From: an uncultured Alphaproteobacteria bacterium
Lineage (GTDB): Bacteria > Pseudomonadota > Alphaproteobacteria > HIMB59 > GCA-002718135
NCBI GenBank assembly: GCA_902524385.1
Contig: CABZCZ010000007.1
Span: forward strand, 6,091 to 70,090
Direction of reading: 5' to 3'
Length of the DNA: 64,000 nucleotides
Shown in pieces: positions 37,230 to 44,937 of this stretch. How positions within the stretch are numbered: the stretch's first letter is position 1; each line of letters starts with the position of its first letter. The position numbers and the translations under genes were made by a program. Under the pieces are notes generated by a model, which saw only the letters and a program-made list of their open reading frames with translations, was not told the DNA's origin and searched no databases.

Positions 37230-38018
37230 TTATTTAAACCAATTAACTTCTGTTTTTAAAAAATCCTCGGTATGAATAATTAAGGCGTCAGATCGAATTA
37301 TTGCAACATTATAATTTGTATCTGTATTTGCTGTCCCTAAACGATATTCATTTGAAAAGTTAGGTATCAGAGGAGACCAAGTACTTCTTGGGGAGGAAAA
37401 AGTAATACCACAATAAGAACCAGAACTTGTAATGTGCTGATGACCAAAAAAAATATGTTTTATTATCTTATTATTTTTAGTTAAAATTTGTTGAAACTCT
37501 TTTTTTTGTTGTAATCCTATTCCATCACTTTCCTCTTTTACTAATGCTAGTGGATTATGATGCATAAAGATGTACGTATCCGTATTAGTCTTACTTAAAA
37601 TATTATTTAACCATTCTTGCCTCTCTTCACAGTAATGTCCTTGGTGAGTGTTAATCAGATTAGTATCTATAAAAATTAAACGTTTATTATCTATATCCTT
37701 AAAGTATTGAATAAATCCATTTGAATCGGTTTCAATATTAGGAAAGTTTATTTTAAACTCATCTCTGTTATCATGATTACCTATAATTAATTGAGGATTT
37801 AAATTCTTTGGCAGATCTGCTTCATCAATTATTTTTATAAATAACTGATAAGAATCTTTATCACCTAAGTCTGTAATATCACCAGTGATAGCAAATAAAT
37901 CCGCATCACCATGATTATTTTTTATATGACTTAATGCTTTTTTAAATTTACTGACAGGATCTATGCCATGAATCTTATCTATATAAATATGGGGGTCTGA
38001 AAGGTGAATAATTTTCAT
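37230..38018 (-). CDS. Calcineurin-like metallophosphoesterase (class III PDE, CpdA/GpdQ-like diesterase)
   Basis: Motif series: SDPH, GDITD, GNHDN, MHH, GHQH. Confidence 0.8.
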   Translation of the reverse strand: MKIIHLSDPHIYIDKIHGIDPVSKFKKALSHIKNNHGDADLFAITGDITDLGDKDSYQLFIKIIDEADLPKNLNPQLIIGNHDNRDEFKINFPNIETDSNGFIQYFKDIDNKRLIFIDTNLINTHQGHYCEERQEWLNNILSKTNTDTYIFMHHNPLALVKEESDGIGLQQKKEFQQILTKNNKIIKHIFFGHQHITSSGSYCGITFSSPRSTWSPLIPNFSNEYRLGTANTDTNYNVAIIRSDALIIHTEDFLKTEVNWFK

Positions 38019-38038
38019 TATTAAATATAAATTTATAA

Positions 38039-38671
38039 TTAGATCACAGTTTTAAAATAAATATATTTATTAAATTCCTCTTTTAAGTCGATGCTAACTC
38101 TTGCATGTACCTTACCTTGTTTTCCTTGAAACGATTGTTTTTCTGTAACTGGAAACACCCCTTCATGCCAAATGTTTGGATGAATATACAAACCTTTTGA
38201 TCCATCACAATAAAATGCTTTAAAATGTTCTGGTTCAATGTCGTCTGTCGGTAAGGCTAAAGGACAAATAAATGGTTTATTTTCTTCAGGAAAGAAAAGC
38301 TGACCTCCATCAGGATGATAATTTGCATGCCATAGAAATATTTTTGTTGGATCTGAATATTTATCTTTTTGTAATTCTTGATCAGGATTATTGGCATAAC
38401 CCAGTATATATTTTCCATCTACTTCATAATCACTTTTATGTTGGACAGCATTATTTTGTCCATAAAGCACGTCACCTTGCCACCAGGTATCAAAAGAACC
38501 TTCGGTAGTTCCACCTTCATTTCCTGTTCCCTCTTCTATGTCGCGCCATCCTTGTTTTGGCCAAGTAACAATTTCAATATCACTATTTTCAAAACTATCG
38601 ATTAAATACCCATATCCTTTAAGATTTTCATTTGTTGCTTTAACTAAAGGTATTTCAATTTTTATTGTCAT
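38039..38671 (-). CDS. Ureidoglycolate lyase (AllA, PF04115)-like cupin with an insertion
   Basis: Blocks align by eye to E. coli AllA: KGYGYLID (AYGDVIE), YHPDGGQLFFP (RHPLGTQAFIP) and AFYCDGSKGLYIHPNIWHEG (AFITNGEQGVNYHRNVWHH). Confidence 0.55.
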   Translation of the reverse strand: MTIKIEIPLVKATNENLKGYGYLIDSFENSDIEIVTWPKQGWRDIEEGTGNEGGTTEGSFDTWWQGDVLYGQNNAVQHKSDYEVDGKYILGYANNPDQELQKDKYSDPTKIFLWHANYHPDGGQLFFPEENKPFICPLALPTDDIEPEHFKAFYCDGSKGLYIHPNIWHEGVFPVTEKQSFQGKQGKVHARVSIDLKEEFNKYIYFKTVI

Positions 38672-38678
38672 TATTTTG

Positions 38679-39776
38679 TTAGTTTAATGTTAATCCTAAT
38701 TCAGTAACGACTTCTTTTACAGCTTTTATTGTGTCCATCATGTCTTGTTCATCTAAATTACCAATACACCCAATTCTAAAAGTTTCTGCCACTGTTAGTT
38801 TTCCTGGATAAATTAAAAAATCTTTTTCACTAAGAGCATTATAAAATTTCTCAAAGTTAAATTTAGGATCATTAGGTTGTTTAAACGTAATAATAATTGG
38901 TGCTTGCAAATTATCAGGAAGTAGTTGCTCAAATCCCAACTCTTTCATTCCATTACAAATAATTTCACAATTTTTTTTATATCTTTTGCCTCGTCCCTCT
39001 ACACCGCCTTGTTCTTTATGTTCCTCAATCGCTTGATTGAATGCAGCCAATACATGTGTTGGAGGTGTAAATCGCCATTGTTTATTTTTTTCCATTGCTT
39101 GCCATTGATCATATAAGTCTAGACTTAGTGAGTGACTATTGCCTTTTGCATTTTGAATAACTTCATTTTTAACAAGAATGAAACCAACACCTGGCACACC
39201 TTCTAAGCATTTGTTTGATGAAGCGGCTACAGCATCAAAAGTAATTGTTTTAGAACTTAAGGGTAATGCACCAAAGGCACTCATTGCATCGATGAATAAC
39301 GATAAGTTTTTCATTTCAACTAATTTTGCAATCTCTTCAATAGGATTTAAAATACCCGATGTTGTTTCACAATACACAGCAAAGACGTGTGTTAAGTTGT
39401 TTCTATCAATTAACTCTTCAATTTTATTGATGTCATGTACTTCATGTTCAGCAACTTCATATTCAATAAAATCTCTCCCTAAATAAGTGCACATTTTTTT
39501 CATTCTTTGCCCGTAAGCACCATTGATCAGAATCAGAATTTTAGAATCTTTTTGAGTAAGAGAGCTCACCATCGACTCTACAGCAAAAGTTCCACTTCCC
39601 TGCATTGGAACACATTGATATTTATCTTCACCGTCTATTAATTTAACAAGGGAATCTCTAATTGATGCATTGAGATCAATAAATTTTGTATCCCTTGAAC
39701 CCCAATCATGAAGCATAGCCTCTTTTGTTGACATCGATGTCGTGAGAGGACCAGGGGTTAATAATTTTTTATCCAT
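38679..39776 (-). CDS. phnW: 2-aminoethylphosphonate--pyruvate transaminase
   Basis: Class V aminotransferase with LLTPGPLTTS at the N-terminus and 365 aa. It is in the same cluster as phnA and phnY. Confidence 0.8.
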   Translation of the reverse strand: MDKKLLTPGPLTTSMSTKEAMLHDWGSRDTKFIDLNASIRDSLVKLIDGEDKYQCVPMQGSGTFAVESMVSSLTQKDSKILILINGAYGQRMKKMCTYLGRDFIEYEVAEHEVHDINKIEELIDRNNLTHVFAVYCETTSGILNPIEEIAKLVEMKNLSLFIDAMSAFGALPLSSKTITFDAVAASSNKCLEGVPGVGFILVKNEVIQNAKGNSHSLSLDLYDQWQAMEKNKQWRFTPPTHVLAAFNQAIEEHKEQGGVEGRGKRYKKNCEIICNGMKELGFEQLLPDNLQAPIIITFKQPNDPKFNFEKFYNALSEKDFLIYPGKLTVAETFRIGCIGNLDEQDMMDTIKAVKEVVTELGLTLN

Positions 39777-39864
39777 TAAATATTCACTTAATAAATATTA
39801 TTATAAATTTGATCAATCTTATTAAAGTTGGAATTGAATTTATTTTCTAATAAGTTAATTATAA

Positions 39865-40434
39865 ATGAGAATGGAAGAAAATATCGTAGATTATCTCTTA
39901 GATCTTTTGAAAACAAAAGGTGCTGATATTCAATATGGTAATGAGGATGTGACTCAGCTTGAGCACGCACTCCAATGTGCCGAACTTGCTGAAAAACATA
40001 AATTACCAGGACCAACAATTGCTGCAGCATTATTACACGATGTTGGCCACCTTATCTATGAGGACGGCGATCCCATTCATGAAGGGAAAGATGGTCATCA
40101 TGAAAACTTAGGTGCTGATTTTTTAAAAAAATATTTTGGTGAAGATGTTATTTTACCAATTAGAGCACATGTTGATTCAAAAAGATATTTATCAAGTGTT
40201 GAAGAAGGTTATTATGATAGTCTATCAGAAGCATCGAAACTTTCGTTAAAAGTTCAAGGTGGTCCTTTCACAAAAGAAGAAGCAGATGCGTTTATAAGCA
40301 AACCTTTTATGGATGAGGCAGTTGAGCTTAGAAGATTTGATGATTTAGCAAAAATTCTAGATAAAAAAACTCCCGATGTTGAACATTTTCGTCCCTATTT
40401 AGAAGAAGCAAGACAGTCTTTTTTAGCTAAATAA
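39865..40434 (+). CDS. phnZ: HD-domain di-iron oxygenase of the PhnZ/TmpB family (TIGR03276-like)
   Basis: QLEHALQCA, AALLHDVGH, HHEN, AHVDSKRYL, LSEASKLSLKVQGGPF and RRFDDLAK match the remembered PhnZ blocks. It is divergent from phnW. Confidence 0.7.
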   Translation: MRMEENIVDYLLDLLKTKGADIQYGNEDVTQLEHALQCAELAEKHKLPGPTIAAALLHDVGHLIYEDGDPIHEGKDGHHENLGADFLKKYFGEDVILPIRAHVDSKRYLSSVEEGYYDSLSEASKLSLKVQGGPFTKEEADAFISKPFMDEAVELRRFDDLAKILDKKTPDVEHFRPYLEEARQSFLAK

Positions 40435-40440
40435 GCGTAA

Positions 40441-40965
40441 ATGCAATTTAGCAATTATGATTTTATTGACTCTAAGTCATTTGCAGGCAAAATTATATTA
40501 ACTTCTTTTCCAGGTCTTAATTCTAATGGTTTATTTGAAGAAACAATTTTAGCAAACGAATTAGAAATATTTAAAAATAACAATTGTAGTTCTATTACTT
40601 CTTTTGTTGAAGATAGCGAATTTGAAAAATTGTGTGATAAAACTTTGTTTGTCAAAAATATTTATGAACATAAATTACATTGGTACCATTTACCCATTTA
40701 TGACATGGGAGCACCAGATAAAGATTTTAAATATAAATGGGAAACAACAAAAGTTTTATTAAAGAACGAATTGATAGATGGTAAAAATATAGTTTTACAT
40801 TGCCGTGGAGGAAAAGGAAGAGCTGGCACCATAGCTGCTATTTTACTTGTTGAATTTAATTATCAAAAACAAGAAGCTATCGATCTAGTGCGATCAAGAA
40901 GAAAAGGGGCTATTGAATCTAAAATCCAGGAAGATTTTATTTTTTCTTATCGAGCAGTTGATTAA
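40441..40965 (+). CDS. Cys-based (CX5R) dual-specificity/PTP-like phosphatase, cytoplasmic
   Basis: Has the P-loop HCRGGKGRAGT and an upstream DMGAPD general-acid loop. There is no signal peptide. Confidence 0.7.
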   Translation: MQFSNYDFIDSKSFAGKIILTSFPGLNSNGLFEETILANELEIFKNNNCSSITSFVEDSEFEKLCDKTLFVKNIYEHKLHWYHLPIYDMGAPDKDFKYKWETTKVLLKNELIDGKNIVLHCRGGKGRAGTIAAILLVEFNYQKQEAIDLVRSRRKGAIESKIQEDFIFSYRAVD

Positions 40966-42014
40966 AAAGAGACCGTTAAATTAAAAATATTTTCTAGAAT
41001 AAATAAAACAATTAAAGAAATTAATGCTGCAATTATAGGTAGTGTCATCCAACCCAAAGAAATTCTTCCCGCAATTGACCATTGAACCTCTTTGCCTCCT
41101 TTTAAAAGACCAATTCCAATTACGCCGCCAACAACAGCTTGGGAACTTGATACTGGAACCAAAGGTATAGAGGGAAGATTTATAGATTGTAAAAAAGCAC
41201 TTATGCCCTGGGATGCAAATAAAAATAAAACAATAGAATGCGATATAACAACAATAAATGCTGCCACAGGCGTCATTTTTAAAAGATCATTACCAACGGT
41301 AAACATAACTCTTTTCGAGTAAGTAAAAACACCAACGGCTATTGCTAAACCACCCAGCAGAAATAATTGTTCTTTTGAAGAAAAGACAAGTAAATTTCCA
41401 ATAGAAACATCAGTAAATGGCGATATAGGTACGAAGACCCCCATTACATTGGCAATATTGTTTGCACCTAAACTATAAGCACCAAAAGCACCCGCTAAAA
41501 GTAAAGCTGTTCTTGTGTAAGCATCAAGTCTGAGAATATGTAACTTTCTATTAAGTATAACTCTTTTTGTAAAAGTAAATAAACCCATTGCAATAACCCC
41601 TGCAATGATAGGACAGAGTATCCATGTTCCTAAAATAGTAATTAAAACTTGAAGATTAGTTGAAGATCCCGTGTATAAATTCCAACCAACAATTGCTCCA
41701 ACAATCGCTTGCGTTGTTGAAACAGGCAAGCCAACTTTGGTCATTAAATAAACAGATATTCCCGCAGCGACACATGCTGCAAAAGCACCAGGTAATGCAT
41801 TAATAGCACCTAACTTACCTAAAGTTTCTGTTGTACCTGCTCCGCTAATAATTGCACCCAGAATAACAAAGACACTACAAATTATTGCTGCAGTTGTGAA
41901 ACCAACCATTCGCGTCCCAACAGCAGTCCCAAAAACATTTGCTGCATCATTGGCACCAAGTGACCAACCTAAAAAAAGACCACCAAATAAAAAAATTAGA
42001 ATTGTAATTTCCAT
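40962..42014 (-). CDS. pit: Inorganic phosphate transporter, PiT family
   Basis: Has two GANDAANVFGT/GANNIANVMG repeats and LPVSTTQAIVG/VPVSSSQAVVG. Confidence 0.88.
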   Translation of the reverse strand: MEITILIFLFGGLFLGWSLGANDAANVFGTAVGTRMVGFTTAAIICSVFVILGAIISGAGTTETLGKLGAINALPGAFAACVAAGISVYLMTKVGLPVSTTQAIVGAIVGWNLYTGSSTNLQVLITILGTWILCPIIAGVIAMGLFTFTKRVILNRKLHILRLDAYTRTALLLAGAFGAYSLGANNIANVMGVFVPISPFTDVSIGNLLVFSSKEQLFLLGGLAIAVGVFTYSKRVMFTVGNDLLKMTPVAAFIVVISHSIVLFLFASQGISAFLQSINLPSIPLVPVSSSQAVVGGVIGIGLLKGGKEVQWSIAGRISLGWMTLPIIAALISLIVLFILENIFNLTVSF

Positions 42015-42020
42015 TGAAAA

Positions 42021-42683
42021 TTAAACGGAACGTTTAATAGCGTAAATTTGAACCTCGTCAGCTATGTCTTCTGCTTGATCACAAATACGATCAATCTTCT
42101 CTACAAAATATCGAAGATGCATTTTTTGATCTAGAGGTAATTCAGAGTCAAAAATTCTTCTTGCAAGAGAACTAAATTTTATATCAGATTCTTTTTCATA
42201 AAATGTAACTTTATGTGCATTATCTCTAACAGATTTAATATCTCTAAAAAATGATCTTACGGTTAAACATAATGATTCAACACAATTTACAACAGTCTCT
42301 GTTAACTCAATTAAATCTTGGTGAAACTCTTTTGGAAAATTAGGTTTTTGAATAGAGAAGTGATAACAATTCCCTTGGTACATTCCAATTAATTCGTCGA
42401 TGTGTTCTAAAAGTCTTAAAACGTCACTTCTTGCATCTGGGATTAGTGTTTCTTCATAAAGAGTATGCTCAACATCTTTCGTAATCTTGTCTGCCTTACT
42501 TTCCATTTCTTTTACTTTTTCAACCATTTCCTCAAATTTACCGTTGGCGGAATGATTTAGATAAGTTGGAACTATCGATTTAAATACCAAACCAACTTCA
42601 GAGACAATATCAACAAATTCATCAATTTCTCTTTCAAGTTTCTTGGTATCACCAAATAAAGATGCACTTTTTAGTCCAAACAT
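42021..42683 (-). CDS. DUF47/TIGR00153 PhoU-like phosphate-transport regulator partner of PiT
   Basis: It is a 220-aa helical protein immediately upstream of pit, the usual pairing. Confidence 0.75.
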   Translation of the reverse strand: MFGLKSASLFGDTKKLEREIDEFVDIVSEVGLVFKSIVPTYLNHSANGKFEEMVEKVKEMESKADKITKDVEHTLYEETLIPDARSDVLRLLEHIDELIGMYQGNCYHFSIQKPNFPKEFHQDLIELTETVVNCVESLCLTVRSFFRDIKSVRDNAHKVTFYEKESDIKFSSLARRIFDSELPLDQKMHLRYFVEKIDRICDQAEDIADEVQIYAIKRSV

Positions 42684-42722
42684 GGCGTGCTTATAGAACT
42701 TTTCAAAAAAAAATAAAGAAAT

Positions 42723-42749
42723 GTTAAAAATTCGTTACAATTTGATTAA
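42723..42749 (-). promoter_or_regulatory. Candidate Pho-box-like triple direct repeat upstream of the DUF47-pit operon
   Basis: The minus strand reads TTAATcaaatTGTAACgaatttTTAAC, with pentamers exactly 11 bp apart. 14 of 16 positions are identical to GTAATAAAATTGTAAC upstream of the SBP. The proximal repeat lies 40 nt before the ATG. Confidence 0.4.
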
Positions 42750-42805
42750 TATCTTTATCTTTAGGATACATATATTAATGAAAATTTTCAGTATTTAGGA
42801 GTTTT

Positions 42806-43033
42806 ATGACAGATATATCAATTAATAGAATTAAGTGGTTTAGCACCTTTTTAATCTTGTCAGGAATATTATTAACTAACTTAAATGCATATCCATATAA
42901 TATTATTATACATGGAACAGGTGCAGTTGGTTGGTCAGTAGTTGGTTATATGACAAGAGATAAAGCTTTATTAACAAACTTTGGATTACAATTACCTCTT
43001 TTTCTTTTTGGATACGTCTATTTATTTGTTTAG
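42806..43033 (+). CDS. Small hydrophobic protein (75 aa, 2-3 TM), unknown function
   Basis: The ORF has AGGAG 6 nt upstream of the ATG and TM-like segments. No family was recognised. Confidence 0.45.
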   Translation: MTDISINRIKWFSTFLILSGILLTNLNAYPYNIIIHGTGAVGWSVVGYMTRDKALLTNFGLQLPLFLFGYVYLFV

Positions 43034-43041
43034 AAAAGTTA

Positions 43042-44049
43042 TTAGTTTTTAGAATCAATTTGAGAATCTAGAAATTCATTAGCACAATCTTCCCAAGTAA
43101 ATTTCAAAGCTAAATTACGACAATCATTTCTATTCACTTTAAGAGCTTTTTCTACTGAATTACCTAGTCTGTCATCAAGTGTATTTATTTTAGAATCTTT
43201 TAGAATATCTTTTGGTCCAGTAACAGGAAATGCAGCAATTGGTGTCCCGCAAGCAAGAGCTTCAAGTATTACATTCCCTAAAGTATCCGTTTTAGATGGG
43301 AAAACAAATACATCAGCATTCGCATAATATTCTGCAAGTTCATTACCTCGTTTCAACCCAACAAAATTTACGTCAGGATACTTTTTTATATATTTTTGTA
43401 ATTCAGGACCATCACCTACAACTGTTTTATTATAATTTCCTTTTAGTTTTAAAAATTCTTCAATATTTTTTTCAATAGCAACTCTTCCAACATATGTCAG
43501 TTGAATGTCATTATCATTTCTATTTCTTTTATTTGGGTTGAATAATTCAGTATCAACTCCTCTATTCCATACTTTTAAATTTTTGAAATTATATTGCTCT
43601 AATTCTTCGACCATTGAAAGCGATGGAACAAGTACATTTACAGAATTATCATGAAGCCTTCTTAATATTGAATATGTTAAACTTTTAGGAATATAAGCTC
43701 TCTGTTTAATATAATCAGGAAAACGGGTGTGAAAAGAAGAAGTATATCGTAGTTTATTTTTAACACAGTATTTACGACCAGCAAAACCTACTGGACCTTC
43801 AGTCATTATATGAACAATATCAGGATTAAATTCTTTAAAAAATTTTTCTGTAACTTTTTTAGTATTTAAAGAAATTTTAATTTCTTTGTACCAAGGATAA
43901 CTAAAATTATTAAACATCTCAGGATGTAATATTTTAATTTCAAAACCTTTTTTTTCTAGGAGAGGTATAACGCTTTGAAATGTTGTAACTACGCCATTTA
44001 CCTGAGGAACCCACGCATCACTAATTAACGCGATTTTTTTAAGCTGCAT
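43042..44049 (-). CDS. agt: GT4 glycosyltransferase, probable glycolipid (MGDG/GADG) synthase Agt
   Basis: GT-B/GT4 C-terminal block (VFPSKTDTLGNVILEALACGTP). It overlaps the upstream PlcP-like gene by 11 nt. Confidence 0.7.
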   Translation of the reverse strand: MQLKKIALISDAWVPQVNGVVTTFQSVIPLLEKKGFEIKILHPEMFNNFSYPWYKEIKISLNTKKVTEKFFKEFNPDIVHIMTEGPVGFAGRKYCVKNKLRYTSSFHTRFPDYIKQRAYIPKSLTYSILRRLHDNSVNVLVPSLSMVEELEQYNFKNLKVWNRGVDTELFNPNKRNRNDNDIQLTYVGRVAIEKNIEEFLKLKGNYNKTVVGDGPELQKYIKKYPDVNFVGLKRGNELAEYYANADVFVFPSKTDTLGNVILEALACGTPIAAFPVTGPKDILKDSKINTLDDRLGNSVEKALKVNRNDCRNLALKFTWEDCANEFLDSQIDSKN

Positions 44050-44851
44050 CCTCTTTTATTTTTCGTCTTTCTTCTAAAGAAATTAATTTTAATTTTTCTC
44101 TTTCTTTGGGCCAATTAAGAATTGATAAATTTCCAATTTCATCTTCAACGAGTGCTGTGCAACTTTCAATCCAGTCACCATCATTACAATAGAGAACACC
44201 ATTTAATTCTTTTATTTCTGGTCTATGTATATGCCCACACACAACGACATCGGCATTTTCTCTTCTAGCTCTATCAGATACAGCAAACTCAAAGTTACTA
44301 ATAAAGTTCGTTGCATGCTTTGTTTTCTTTTTTAAATATTGAGACAGTGACCAGTAAGATAAGCCCATCTTTCTTCGAATAAAATTAAATACATTATTTA
44401 ACTTTAGTAAATATTCATAAAGTGCTGATCCCACTTTGGCTAACCATCTTGCATTAATGATCACAGCATCAAATTCATCTCCGTGTGTAATCAGTACTTT
44501 CCTTCCATCAGCTAATTGATGCGTATCTTCATTTTTGATTGAAATTTCTCCAAAGGAAAAATTTGTAAAATCTTTTAATACTTCATCATGATTTCCTGGG
44601 ATAAGCACTACCTTAGTTCCATTTTTCGCTTTTTTTAAAACTTTTTGAACCACATCATTATGTTCTTGAGACCAATACATTTTCTTACGCATGCGCCATC
44701 CATCTACAATGTCGCCTACTAAAAATAGATATTCTGAATCTGTTTCCTCTAAGAATTCTAAAAGCATTTTGCTTTTACAGCCACTGGTTCCTAGATGGGT
44801 ATCCGAAATCCAAATTGTGCGGTAAAATTTTTTATTTGTTTCAAATTTCAT
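44039..44851 (-). CDS. plcP: LpxH-like metallophosphoesterase, probable phospholipase C PlcP (phosphorus-stress lipid remodelling)
   Basis: Has IWISDTHLG, VGDIVDGW, GNHD and CGHIHRP. It is paired with a GT4 gene, as described for SAR11 and roseobacter PlcP-Agt. Confidence 0.7.
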   Translation of the reverse strand: MKFETNKKFYRTIWISDTHLGTSGCKSKMLLEFLEETDSEYLFLVGDIVDGWRMRKKMYWSQEHNDVVQKVLKKAKNGTKVVLIPGNHDEVLKDFTNFSFGEISIKNEDTHQLADGRKVLITHGDEFDAVIINARWLAKVGSALYEYLLKLNNVFNFIRRKMGLSYWSLSQYLKKKTKHATNFISNFEFAVSDRARRENADVVVCGHIHRPEIKELNGVLYCNDGDWIESCTALVEDEIGNLSILNWPKEREKLKLISLEERRKIKEDAA

Positions 44852-44937
44852 TAATTAAAGAATTGTTCTTATACATAAAAGTATCATTTTATAATACAAT
44901 TTATTATTATATGTGTGTATTGTAAAAAAATAACAGT

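Noticed and set aside
39777-39864. Pho-box-like element in the phnW/phnZ divergent spacer (GATCAAATTTATAAT on the minus strand)
   Set aside because: It shares only TCAAATT with the other sites and has no 11-bp-phased pentamer array. The TATAAT is more simply a -10 box.
44891-44923. Pho-box-like half-sites upstream of plcP (AAATTGTAT, minus strand) and of the SET gene (ATTGTAA, plus strand)
   Set aside because: These are single half-sites without phased repeats. They are not distinguishable from AT-rich background by eye, so they are mentioned only as weak.
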